Origin: Methanobacteriota archaeon
GTDB taxonomy: Archaea; Thermoplasmatota; Poseidoniia; Poseidoniales; Poseidoniaceae
Reading direction: 5' to 3'
Assembly: GCA_018662825.1 (NCBI GenBank)
Contig: JABJFI010000081.1
Span: 1-55,481, forward strand
DNA: 55,481 nt
Below the pieces are notes generated by a model. It did no database searches and was not told where the DNA came from. It saw only the letters and a program-made list of their open reading frames with translations. The position numbers were made by a program, and so were the translations under genes. Below, piece after piece: positions 31,955 to 41,465 of the stretch (within the stretch, counting starts at the first letter, position 1; each line of letters opens with the position of its first letter).

Positions 31955-32530
31955 TTGGACGAAGCAACACTCGTACTCAATGTGATACTCTATGTATTGC
32001 TTCCACTTTGGGGCATTGCAAGTATGCTTGATTGGTGGTGCCACAAACAAACCGACATCGAGGCGACATCAGGTCTACACGAAGCGAATATTCATTGTTT
32101 GATGGGCGCTCAAATCGGCCTTCCTTTGGTTTTGTCACTGGTTTTTGAAGTCAATGTTCTCATTCTCCTTCTTTGCTTTGCAGCACTCATCGCTCACGAA
32201 TTCATTGCACATTACGATGTTCACTATACCACGGGAAAACGTGAAATCAGCATTTGGGAGGTACATGCGCACAACTACTTGGCAACCTTGCCTTTTTTCC
32301 TCATACTCTTGATTATCGTCCGTAAATGGGAAGTTTTTCTCGATTTAATCACCCTTGATTGGGCTGGTGGCTTTTCTTTTCAATTGCGCCAAGAGCCTTT
32401 AGGCGCTTCTGGTAATTATGCAGCAATATATATTGCTACAATGTCCATTTTAGTCGTAGGCCCCTATATGCAAGAATGGTGGCGCTGTTGGTCGTTTGAA
32501 CGCAATCAAGAAGAGGAGGCTACAGAATGA
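31955..32530 (+). CDS. His-rich multi-pass membrane protein of unknown function
   Basis: DWWCH, H, HE..H.D and E.HAH motifs within about 5 TM helices; first gene of an overlapping operon. Confidence 0.7.
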   Translation: MDEATLVLNVILYVLLPLWGIASMLDWWCHKQTDIEATSGLHEANIHCLMGAQIGLPLVLSLVFEVNVLILLLCFAALIAHEFIAHYDVHYTTGKREISIWEVHAHNYLATLPFFLILLIIVRKWEVFLDLITLDWAGGFSFQLRQEPLGASGNYAAIYIATMSILVVGPYMQEWWRCWSFERNQEEEATE

Positions 32531-33663
32531 CCGTCTACATCACTAGCACTGGGTCCTTTTTTCCAGGACCGGCAATTTCAATCGACCAAGTTGAAAGCAT
32601 ACTGGGGGCAGTTCACGACAAACCTTCTTCACTTCGGGTTCAAATCCAAAAAGCAAACAAGATTCAAACTCGCCATTATGCGATTGATGAAAATCAACAG
32701 ACTACTCACAGCAATACAGAAATGGCAACAAACGCGGCTGAACAATGCCTTGAACGCGCCTTTCTCAATCGTGAAAAAGTCGGCATGTTGGCCGTAGCCT
32801 CGACACAAGGGGACCTACCCGCCCCAGGTATGGCGAGTATGGTACAGGCTGAATTGGAATTACCAGAAATAGAGATTCTCACCACACATGGAATCTGTTC
32901 TTCATCCATCATGGCACTTAAAGCGGCTTGGAACAGCCTACGTCTTGAAGAGCATGAAGCGGCTTTGGTTTTGTCGAGTGAATTAGCCAGCCGACTTCTA
33001 AAAAAACAACGCTATGAAGCTGCAACAACCTCAACCTTTGCTGCAAAACGTATCGACTTTAGCACAGAATTTCTGCGATGGATGCTTTCCGATGGTGCAG
33101 GCGCACTATTATTACAAAACAAACCAGCGCCAAAAGGCCTCAGTTTACGAATTGATTGGATTAGAGGGTTTTCACACGCCCACGCCCTTCCTACATGCAT
33201 GAGTGTTGGTTCAGCCGGCCGCCCAACAGATTCACGAACATGGCAAGATTATGACACCTATGCTGAGGCAGAACAAGACGGAGCACTCCTTCTTCGCCAA
33301 GATGTTCGCTTGCTCGATAACTTGATGCGAATGGGCGTGGATGGCTATTTGCGATTGGTTGAAGAAGGCGTAAGTAAACCCAGCGAAGTTGACCACTTTT
33401 TGTGCCATTACTCAAGCCACCATTTTAGAAATAAAATTCTTGAAATGCTTGACACAGCCGGTGTTGGAATACCTGAAGAACGATGGTGGACAAACCTCTA
33501 CTCTAGAGGGAATACTGGCGCAGCATCACTTTTCATAATGCTTGATGAATTCTTACGCACAGATGAAGTATCGGTAAATGTTGGTGACAGAGTACTCTGT
33601 TTCGTTCCAGAGAGTGGGCGTTTCAATACGACATATCTCCAACTCACGGTGGTGGAAAAATGA
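32527..33663 (+). CDS. KAS III-type ketosynthase, DarB/StlD-like
   Basis: Catalytic triad motifs GICSS (Cys), LCHYSS (His) and GNTGAAS (Asn). FLRWMLSDGAGA and VPESGRF are typical of the DarB-like clade. Confidence 0.85.
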   Translation: MTVYITSTGSFFPGPAISIDQVESILGAVHDKPSSLRVQIQKANKIQTRHYAIDENQQTTHSNTEMATNAAEQCLERAFLNREKVGMLAVASTQGDLPAPGMASMVQAELELPEIEILTTHGICSSSIMALKAAWNSLRLEEHEAALVLSSELASRLLKKQRYEAATTSTFAAKRIDFSTEFLRWMLSDGAGALLLQNKPAPKGLSLRIDWIRGFSHAHALPTCMSVGSAGRPTDSRTWQDYDTYAEAEQDGALLLRQDVRLLDNLMRMGVDGYLRLVEEGVSKPSEVDHFLCHYSSHHFRNKILEMLDTAGVGIPEERWWTNLYSRGNTGAASLFIMLDEFLRTDEVSVNVGDRVLCFVPESGRFNTTYLQLTVVEK

Positions 33664-34409
33664 GCGATGGTGAAATTTCAATCGAAGGCGGAGAGTCTTC
33701 TTCAGTTCAAGAGAATGTACCCGAAGGAGTCGTGCTGAATCCACATGCACAGGTTTGCCTTCAACAATTGCTTCGTGTTTGGCTTGGTTTTGAACGTGAT
33801 TTGTCCAAAGTACCGCTATTGCGGCGAATTGATTTAGGCACGTTTACAGTTGAAGACCACCAAGTGTTTTTGCGAAATATTCGCCAACAAGTCATTGAAG
33901 GCTCTCGCTGGATAGCCCGAACAGCCAGTAGTTTTGACCGCAATCATTCAGAAATCCGTTCGACCATCATTAGCCACGCTGTTGATGAGCACCGAGATTA
34001 CCAGATGCTTGAGAAAGATTATGTCGCATCGGGAGGTAGGCTTGAAGATATTTTGAATATGGAGCGCAATGTAGGTTCTGAGGCTTTACATGGTTTCCTT
34101 ATGCATCGTTCTTCACTCCCAAATCCTATTGATTTACTCGGCGCGATGTGGATTATTGAAGGGCTTGGAGAAAAGATGGCTCATTCATGGGCCGAACGAA
34201 TACAAGAACTCACAGGACTTTCGGAAGAATCAACCCGATTTATGACCTATCATGGCCACAACGACAGCGAACATATGCAGCGATTTTATGCAACACTTGA
34301 CCGAGTTTGCAACAATGAAGAAAGCATCACAAGCATTGTCAAAACAGCAAAAGTGGTCGCTCGCCTATATCGATTACAATTGGAGGAAATAGAGTATGAC
34401 ATCCAGTGA
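33660..34409 (+). CDS. Heme-oxygenase-like (TenA/PqqC fold) putative diiron redox enzyme
   Basis: Candidate metal ligands in H..DEH, IIEG and YHG.ND.EH; all-helical character. Confidence 0.75.
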   Translation: MSDGEISIEGGESSSVQENVPEGVVLNPHAQVCLQQLLRVWLGFERDLSKVPLLRRIDLGTFTVEDHQVFLRNIRQQVIEGSRWIARTASSFDRNHSEIRSTIISHAVDEHRDYQMLEKDYVASGGRLEDILNMERNVGSEALHGFLMHRSSLPNPIDLLGAMWIIEGLGEKMAHSWAERIQELTGLSEESTRFMTYHGHNDSEHMQRFYATLDRVCNNEESITSIVKTAKVVARLYRLQLEEIEYDIQ

Positions 34410-35319
34410 ACCTGCATTATCTAGAAAAGAACGCCGAGCCAAACGCCGCCTTGAGAAAGCATTGGCAAAAAACCACGGGCGAATGCCAGCATCACTCAGC
34501 GATTCATTGAGGGGAGATGATAGTTTACCCTTGGATTCCGAGGCTAAAGAATACTGGCTTAAGGATTTGCAAAACCCATTGCGCGTGATTATTCTACCTA
34601 CGTTGAAAATACTTCTCAGCATAACTCTTCACATCACCTATTACCTCAAGCGCCTTTCACCAATTCAATGGAGGGCACACAGATTCCTTCAATGGCAAAT
34701 TTGCTTTTTCATGAAACATTTTGTTCGCCCCGAAGCAAATATACTGATTCTACGACATTTCCAAGCCGAGAGCAACCTATTGAATTTCGTGATTGATAAT
34801 ACTGGAAAAGAAGGCGTCGAACCTGTACTTATTTATCCAAAAGTTATCCAAGATTTGATGGTTCAGACTTTTGTCCACCACGACCAAGGAGTATTGATGA
34901 CAATGCGCGACCTTGGTGAAGTAAAAGGTGAGAATTGGCCTATCGCTGAAGAGGATTTACAATGGACCAATTGGAAGCCTGTTGACATACAATATTCACT
35001 TTCCCAAAAGAGATGGACTCAATTCCTTGATTTTGAAACAGCACATGAATTATTCAAAACGACATTCTGTTTCTGGCTTACTGCCAAGGAATACGAAGCA
35101 GCAATAAATTCGTTTCAATTCGATCATTCCGTCGGTCTGCGTATCGACGAGATTATTGGTGCAGCCCATTTTGCTGACCTCGCTCACAACAGGTTCCCTA
35201 TGATTCTGGTTGGCCCGACAGGCCTTTCATATCGATTCCTCATGCATGGATTCTTTGTCGAACACGCGCATGCACATCTCGAACGAATGCGCTCAAACTT
35301 AGGGTTGGCTAACCGGTGA
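34396..35319 (+). CDS. Conserved hypothetical protein (DUF6999-like)
   Basis: FVRPEAN.LILRHF..ES..LNF, FV.HD, LD.ETA and NS.QFD motifs; overlaps the upstream gene by 14 nt. Family name recalled, not verified. Confidence 0.55.
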   Translation: MTSSEPALSRKERRAKRRLEKALAKNHGRMPASLSDSLRGDDSLPLDSEAKEYWLKDLQNPLRVIILPTLKILLSITLHITYYLKRLSPIQWRAHRFLQWQICFFMKHFVRPEANILILRHFQAESNLLNFVIDNTGKEGVEPVLIYPKVIQDLMVQTFVHHDQGVLMTMRDLGEVKGENWPIAEEDLQWTNWKPVDIQYSLSQKRWTQFLDFETAHELFKTTFCFWLTAKEYEAAINSFQFDHSVGLRIDEIIGAAHFADLAHNRFPMILVGPTGLSYRFLMHGFFVEHAHAHLERMRSNLGLANR

Positions 35320-35439
35320 CATACCCATTCCCCCAGCCTCTTCTTAACCAGCCTTGATGTATCACTTGCTTCAATAAATTAGTAGTTGTGATTGTCTTTG
35401 AAAGTGATAATTGATAACCATGAGTCTACAGGGGCTGCC

Positions 35440-35706
35440 ATGTCTGAGAAGCGCGTTATACGCAAGATGAAAAAACTCGCCGCTCGCATCAGTGACAAAA
35501 TGGAGTCCATACACGATGTTATGGAGGACCTTGAAATTGAGTTTGAAATGCTCCAAAAACAAATCCAAAAGTTGGAGTCTAAAAAGGGCTCGAACAAAAT
35601 TTCCGATGCTGAAGAAGCCGAAACAACCTCCTCAGAACAGGATGATGAAGACGAAGTTGTGGATTTGGAAAACACATCCGTAGTTACTCTAAAGCCGAAG
35701 TTTTGA
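35440..35706 (+). CDS. Small coiled-coil protein with acidic tail
   Basis: Heptad-like K/E-rich helix. Confidence 0.55.
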   Translation: MSEKRVIRKMKKLAARISDKMESIHDVMEDLEIEFEMLQKQIQKLESKKGSNKISDAEEAETTSSEQDDEDEVVDLENTSVVTLKPKF

Positions 35707-35797
35707 CTTCACATTCAGAAAAACGGATAATATCACCATGCGTTATTGTTCTAGATAGGGGCAATCTAAACTCATGCCCTTGGGCACACCTGAACAG

Positions 35798-35871
35798 TGG
35801 GCGATGCAGGATTCGAACCCGCGTCGACGGGTTCGAAGCCCGTCAGGATATCCAGGCTACCCTAATCGCCC
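35798..35871 (-). tRNA. tRNA-Arg (anticodon TCG), no intron, CCA not encoded
   Basis: Reverse complement is GGGCGATTAGGGTAGCCTGGATATCCTGACGGGCTTCGAACCCGTCGACGCGGGTTCGAATCCTGCATCGCCCA. Acceptor stem GGGCGAT/ATCGCCC, anticodon loop CTTCGAA, T-loop TTCGAAT. Confidence 0.93.
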
Positions 35872-35926
35872 TTGACCTTGCCAGATGCCCCCCCTTCTTG
35901 AAGAAGGCGGAAGGATTGGCTCGTCT

Positions 35927-36331
35927 ATGACGCGCTCGCTTCCGTGTATTCCAATGGGATGCTCAGCTTGTTGTCGAGAGACAACCATGCCTCTAACCAA
36001 GGCTGAAGCAGCACTCCTCACTCGTAGAACTGGAATGGCAATCGAAAATTTCACCTGGAGGAATAACGGCATACTCACTCTTCTCAACGATGAAAAAACT
36101 CGTGCATGTGTCTTTTTGTTGACTGCCTCTTCAGATGCTAATGCTGAAGGAATGTGTTCAGTATACGAAGTTCGACCTCAAGGATGTCGAACCTATCCTA
36201 ATGTTTTGAATCATCACGATGAGGTCATTCTTGATGAAGGATGCCCCCATAAGGCTCAATTTCCTGAACCAACAGAAGAAGATGCGATTGTTCTTCTCAA
36301 TCTCGAGGAACAATTGTTGCGTGAAGGATGA
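35927..36331 (+). CDS. YkgJ-family cysteine-cluster protein
   Basis: C..GCSACC, CVFL and C.VYE.RP.GCR.YP motifs. Confidence 0.85.
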   Translation: MTRSLPCIPMGCSACCRETTMPLTKAEAALLTRRTGMAIENFTWRNNGILTLLNDEKTRACVFLLTASSDANAEGMCSVYEVRPQGCRTYPNVLNHHDEVILDEGCPHKAQFPEPTEEDAIVLLNLEEQLLREG

Positions 36332-37436
36332 GGCGCCCAAGGCTGGCATGAACGTGCTCAACCCACCGTTGGTTAATACGCCATCCTGTTTGAGAAAAAG
36401 TAGTTTCAATTTCATGCCATTGCCCATGCAAGAGTTCTACAGCCACATCATCCATGAGCGCTTCATCAGAGAGTTCCCCAAAAGGATGCATTGGTAAGAT
36501 CAAGACCAAATCGGCAGTTTCTGCAGCCACATCCCGGGCACTATTGAGAACTGATTGAATCAATTCAGCATGGTCAAGAGAACCTTGCGAGTTTCGACCA
36601 TATGGCGGGTCGAGAACAAAGCCACTGATACGCTGATGCGCATGTTGTGGAAGAACATTGGGCAATTGAGTAGCATCGCCCAAGAGTAGTTTCGCATCAG
36701 AATGAGGCATTGCCCAATCGAGGTTTTTCTGAGCGCCTTCAATCATTAGAGGGTCGAGGTCAACGCCAAATGTTTCACGACCTGAAAGCGCTGCTTCGAG
36801 AACAAACCCACCAGTGCCAGTCATGAGGTCTAATGTCGCTCCTTTGTCACGAGGACCTGATGCTACATTTACCGCTAAACGTGCCAGTCGGGGGTCAAGG
36901 CTGACTGGTTTGAAGAATGGGCGGTCGGTTGCACGACGAGAAGTGATACCATCCGAATCGTCTCCTGAGCCAACCATCCAGCCACATGCGATTATTCCAG
37001 CGCTTGCATCAAGCACCATCCCAAGTCGATGGTCGGGGGATTCAAGGTCAATATCATAGCCTTGAGATGACATCATACCACCAATTTTCCCAGCAAATTC
37101 GCGACTGCTAATACCTGCCATTTTACCTTCATGCTTCATAGAACGGACCGCAACTGAACCATTACGAGGATGATTTGTGAGATATGCTTGAATTTGCTCA
37201 AAGAATACTGAAGAATCTTCTTCTCTATTCCAAACTACAGCATGGCAGAGCAAGGCTTGGCATCCACTTGCACATTCAACCGCAGATTGCATTTCTTGTA
37301 GAGAGATATCTCCATCAAGTTCGACTAATCTTCGAGAAGAAAGTCGAGTCAGTGTTGCATGTGGGAGCAATGCTGAGATTTCCGCACGTGCCAATGCCGG
37401 ATGCCAGCCACGCAAACTCGCAACATGACTCGCCAT
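36297..37436 (-). CDS. trm11: tRNA (guanine-10-N2)-methyltransferase (Trm11/TrmG10), THUMP plus methyltransferase domain
   Basis: IDLESPD, RPFFKPVSL.PRLAR, LD.M.GTGG..LEA, DPPYGR and VH.SL.R motifs. Confidence 0.8.
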   Translation of the reverse strand: MASHVASLRGWHPALARAEISALLPHATLTRLSSRRLVELDGDISLQEMQSAVECASGCQALLCHAVVWNREEDSSVFFEQIQAYLTNHPRNGSVAVRSMKHEGKMAGISSREFAGKIGGMMSSQGYDIDLESPDHRLGMVLDASAGIIACGWMVGSGDDSDGITSRRATDRPFFKPVSLDPRLARLAVNVASGPRDKGATLDLMTGTGGFVLEAALSGRETFGVDLDPLMIEGAQKNLDWAMPHSDAKLLLGDATQLPNVLPQHAHQRISGFVLDPPYGRNSQGSLDHAELIQSVLNSARDVAAETADLVLILPMHPFGELSDEALMDDVAVELLHGQWHEIETTFSQTGWRINQRWVEHVHASLGRLILHATIVPRD

Positions 37437-37511
37437 GGTGGGCGCTTGCGCCTCGACTTCTTGACGGATTCGGATGCGAATATACACATACTGTCGCCCC
37501 GTATTCCCTCC

Positions 37512-38540
37512 ATGGGCTGCAATCTTCGAGACCTTGCCACGCCCGAAAACATCGACTTAGCAACCCTTTCGGGAAAGAGAGTTGGCATAGACGCCTTCCT
37601 AACTGCGTTTCAATTTTTGACAACAATGCGAGACCGTTCACCTCAAGGAGATGGAGGACCCCTTCGTGCAGATAATGGGAAGGTTGTTTCTCACTTGATG
37701 GGTTTTCTCAATCGTACTGCGACATTATTGAATCTCGGCATCAAGCCCGTGTACATTTTTGATGGCAAATCACCAGAATTGAAAGCCGATGAATTAGCAT
37801 CGCGCCGTGCTCGACGAGAAGAAGCGGAGCGCGTGCACAAAGAAGCGTTGGCTGCGGGAGATTTTGCATTGGCTCAAAAGATGGCCCCCCGCATCATGAA
37901 TTATACCCAAGAGATGGTTGATGAAACCAAGCAATTACTCGATTTACTTGGCGTGCCTTGGGTTGTGGCAAAAGCCGAAGGTGAAGGACAAGCGGCAGTT
38001 ATGGCTGCCAGAGGGCAACTCGATGTTGTTGCAACCCAAGATTGGGATGCCTTGCTCTATGGCACACCCCACCTCGTTCGCAACCTAATGAGCGATGGTT
38101 CAAAGCAACATGGGCGTGTTGTAAGAGCGCAGATGATTGACTTGGAGGCCATGCTAAAAACCCATGATTTGAGTAAAGCGCAATTGATTGATTTGGCAAT
38201 CATGATTGGTACAGACTTCCACCCCGGCATCCGTGGCATTGGTCCAAAGACTGGAATCAAACTCATCAAAGAACATGGTTGTATTGAAATGATTTGCCAA
38301 GTGAAGAACAAGGAAATCCCCCAACGTCTAAGCGAAATCCGTGAAATATTTCATCATCATCCTGCTGTTGATGTTGCAGATGAAGATTTGCTCCCAGGAC
38401 AAATTGATGTCAAAGGACTTATCCAATTCTTGCAAGTTGAACGACAATTTAGCCAGCGTCGAATGGACAATGCATTTGACAAGTTACGAGAAATTGGATT
38501 GATTCGCGAAGGTGGCCAAACCTCGTTATTCTCGTTTTGA
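37512..38540 (+). CDS. fen1: Flap endonuclease 1
   Basis: QFL, SHL.G, P.YIFDG, EGEGQAA, QDWD.LLYG, GTDF.PGI.GIGPK motifs and PIP box QTSLFSF. Confidence 0.96.
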   Translation: MGCNLRDLATPENIDLATLSGKRVGIDAFLTAFQFLTTMRDRSPQGDGGPLRADNGKVVSHLMGFLNRTATLLNLGIKPVYIFDGKSPELKADELASRRARREEAERVHKEALAAGDFALAQKMAPRIMNYTQEMVDETKQLLDLLGVPWVVAKAEGEGQAAVMAARGQLDVVATQDWDALLYGTPHLVRNLMSDGSKQHGRVVRAQMIDLEAMLKTHDLSKAQLIDLAIMIGTDFHPGIRGIGPKTGIKLIKEHGCIEMICQVKNKEIPQRLSEIREIFHHHPAVDVADEDLLPGQIDVKGLIQFLQVERQFSQRRMDNAFDKLREIGLIREGGQTSLFSF

Positions 38541-39569
38541 AGGTTGCATAAAACGCAAAGGACTTGCCAGAACATCAACGCCTTGAAAATCAGTTACGGC
38601 CTGTCTCGCTACACTTTGGGGGTCATGAAGCGCCTCAAGTACTGTATTGACAGGAGCACACGGAACACCAATCAATTTTTGTTCGAGTTCACCACGATTG
38701 TAATTTAATACAGCGTTTTCCACACAACTCTCCACCGCTTTTCGTGAATTAACACGACCTTCGTTGGTAGCCCAACTCTCTTGATTCTCAAGCGCTAATG
38801 CTTCAACCAAAGTGAGCCATTGATTATCAGAACCGACACCAATGACAAACCAACCATCTTTTGCTTCAAAGGCACGATATGGTACCAAGTTCGGATGAGC
38901 AGACCCCATCGGAGTTGGATTTTTCCCACTGGCCATAGCGTTGTGGGCTTGATTCACCAATGCGGCAATAGCACAATCCCATAGAGACAAATCAATCCGC
39001 ATGATTTCACCCGTCCTTTCTTTGTGCAATAATGCAGCAAGAATTGCATTGCCAGCGTTGAGCCCAGTGATGACATCTATCCACGCTACGCCAACCTTGA
39101 CTGGGGCTCCACCTGCTTGGCCGGTTATTCCCATAATACCGCTTCGAGCTTGTAAGGCGACATCATACCCCGGCTCATCTCGTCGAGGTCCTGTTGCACC
39201 ATAGGCTGAAATCGAACAGAGAATAATATCATTCGGCAAAGGGCCCACAAGCCGCTCAAGTGTACCAGGCCGGAAGTTTTCAACTACAACATCAGCCGTT
39301 TCAATTAACGCTCGCACATCGTTTTTTTCACGTTTGAGATCAAATGTCACGATTTCTTTGCCTCGGTTGCACGATAAGAAGTAGGCCGCAACCTGCTTCC
39401 CATCGAATCCGGTGGTGAATGGTGGGCCCCAATATCGGGTATCATCGCCCCATGGCGCTTCAATTTTGATGACTTCAGCGCCAAGGTCAGACAACATTTG
39501 GGTCGCATAAGGGCCTGCTAATATTCGAGAGACATCGACGATTCGAATACCCTCTAAAATTCCGCCCAT
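38526..39569 (-). CDS. CaiB/BaiF family III CoA-transferase
   Basis: LAGPYATQ.L.DLGAEVIKIE, NRGK, ADVVVENFRPG and PGYD motifs. Confidence 0.92.
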   Translation of the reverse strand: MGGILEGIRIVDVSRILAGPYATQMLSDLGAEVIKIEAPWGDDTRYWGPPFTTGFDGKQVAAYFLSCNRGKEIVTFDLKREKNDVRALIETADVVVENFRPGTLERLVGPLPNDIILCSISAYGATGPRRDEPGYDVALQARSGIMGITGQAGGAPVKVGVAWIDVITGLNAGNAILAALLHKERTGEIMRIDLSLWDCAIAALVNQAHNAMASGKNPTPMGSAHPNLVPYRAFEAKDGWFVIGVGSDNQWLTLVEALALENQESWATNEGRVNSRKAVESCVENAVLNYNRGELEQKLIGVPCAPVNTVLEALHDPQSVARQAVTDFQGVDVLASPLRFMQPSKRE

Positions 39570-39621
39570 GTACCCCCTAAGTGTCCGAAAGGGTTGAACC
39601 TCTCCCCCCGAACCGTTGGCT

Positions 39622-41091
39622 ATGGAGCGGTTGGATTTCGAGGACGACCGTTTATGGTCCCGTCTACTGATCTTGGGCATTCTGCTCAATGTCATCGTAT
39701 GTTTCACTAGCGACTTGGGACTAGACACACAGGTCAAAATGGCTGTCGATGAAAACGGAACATTACCATGGGGAGACCTTCGGCCTGAAATTGCAGGTGA
39801 AAGCGACCCTACTGATGGCGGTCAGCGAATTGTATTGCCTCTGTATGAGATGTCAGAATTTGGCATCAAAACAGTAGCCCTTCTCACCTTTGTTGGCATG
39901 GTTGCCTGTTTGTATCGTTGGAGCGGTGTGCGTTCAGCCGCCATTCTTTCGCTTTCGCCAGCGTTTATTTTTTCAGTTGGCCGAGGTTATGAAGAAGTAT
40001 ATTTAGCAATGTTTTGCGCCGCAGCCTTCATACTTTTTACCGGATTGCTCTCATCAAAATACAGACCCCTACAATCATTCCTTGGTGGACTTTCTTTCAT
40101 GTTGATGCCTTATGCTAAGGGGTTCACTGACGGGTTTGGGGTGTTAATCGGCGCTCTTGTATTGGCTACCTTTTCCACCGTTTGGAGTGAGATATCAAGG
40201 CGAGGTGGTGAGAAGACCAAGTGGATGTCGAAACCTCATGTTGTTGGAATTGTTGTTTCCGCTGTCGTATCAATGTCCATGGTCATACTTGGGATACTTG
40301 GCTATAACAGCACGCTGTCAATATTGGCAGAAAGCCCAGTTAGATACACGACAGCGTTCGCCTTTTCGATTCTAGATGTCATCATAATCTTCACCTTCTT
40401 CGGCATGGCCTTGTGGCCGTTTGTGGGTTCATTATTCCGTGGATTCAGTTCTGTTGAAGATACCAAAATCGCCATGATGACCGGCTATATTGTTGGCCTC
40501 ATGACTGCAATCGTGTTCTATGTCGCAGCTCTTTGGACATATGAAGCGAGTATATGGGGGGCTGATTGGCCAGGCGTAATTTGGACGATGGGGAACAATG
40601 GGCGATATGCGACTTTACTGTTCATCCCAATGGTACTCTTGCTTCAAGAACTTCGTCAGCATATTGAGGTTCCAACGTTTGACTCCCCGCTTTCAAAAGC
40701 CAAGGGCATGGGTTTGGTTGTTCTCCTCTTGTTGCCTCTCTCTCTTCTAGCATCATTCCACGGACAAACCATGTGGACTGATGATGCTGCAAGTACAATG
40801 GAACTTGAAAGGGGTGAAGAGTTCCTCTTTGTTTCAGAAGATACACTTGGCATGCATTGGCTCTATACATTCTATGCTCCACTTGATGCAGAGGAAAAAG
40901 CGATTACTGGCCATTGGAGGTCAATAGATTCGAATTGGGAATCTGATTTGAATTCCTCCTTATTACAAGTAACAACGCTCGTTGTTTCACCCGATGTAAA
41001 GTATACACCTAATGGGTGGATTGTTGAATCAAGTGGAGAAGTAGACCTTCTCAACGGTAAAGGAGAATGGCGCGTATTAACGCGCTCCTAA
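39622..41091 (+). CDS. Polytopic membrane protein (possibly GT-C-like)
   Basis: About 11-12 TM helices, a RGYEE loop, an RY motif and a soluble C-terminal domain. Confidence 0.6.
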   Translation: MERLDFEDDRLWSRLLILGILLNVIVCFTSDLGLDTQVKMAVDENGTLPWGDLRPEIAGESDPTDGGQRIVLPLYEMSEFGIKTVALLTFVGMVACLYRWSGVRSAAILSLSPAFIFSVGRGYEEVYLAMFCAAAFILFTGLLSSKYRPLQSFLGGLSFMLMPYAKGFTDGFGVLIGALVLATFSTVWSEISRRGGEKTKWMSKPHVVGIVVSAVVSMSMVILGILGYNSTLSILAESPVRYTTAFAFSILDVIIIFTFFGMALWPFVGSLFRGFSSVEDTKIAMMTGYIVGLMTAIVFYVAALWTYEASIWGADWPGVIWTMGNNGRYATLLFIPMVLLLQELRQHIEVPTFDSPLSKAKGMGLVVLLLLPLSLLASFHGQTMWTDDAASTMELERGEEFLFVSEDTLGMHWLYTFYAPLDAEEKAITGHWRSIDSNWESDLNSSLLQVTTLVVSPDVKYTPNGWIVESSGEVDLLNGKGEWRVLTRS

Positions 41092-41093
41092 CC

Positions 41094-41273
41094 TCAAGCG
41101 TTCTTATCAGCTTGGACTTGTGTGCGGACTGCTTGAGCAGCGGACTTTGCACCTTGCATAGCCTTGCGCACACGGGTACCAGCAGCAGCGTTACCCTTGT
41201 CGTGCTTGACAGCATCAGCAAGAGCGGCAGTTAAATCATCAATCATCGTTTGAACCATAGCCTCGACGGACAT
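41094..41273 (-). CDS. Histone H1-like (Hc1-type) small protein
   Basis: 59 aa. D..K..KGN.AAGTRVRK.MQ..K..AQ..R signature. Confidence 0.8.
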   Translation of the reverse strand: MSVEAMVQTMIDDLTAALADAVKHDKGNAAAGTRVRKAMQGAKSAAQAVRTQVQADKNA

Positions 41274-41465
41274 AACCTGTTCGCTGAGTAATCGGCTTTT
41301 ATTGATTGCTCCGGAAAAACATGAAAACCGTAAACTAAATTCGATGAATAGAGCACCGAGTTCATCATCTCGTGCCAAAATGACAGTTTGATAAAATAAT
41401 ATCGGGATTTCAAGCGAGGGGTTGAAAACCCCACGGTTGGAGGGTCGAGCAAGGAGGAGTAAGAC

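Noticed and set aside
31923-35798. TGAACAGT direct repeat (31923-31930 and 35791-35798) as attL/attR
   Set aside because: Only 8 bp, almost entirely outside the tRNA, and compatible with chance.
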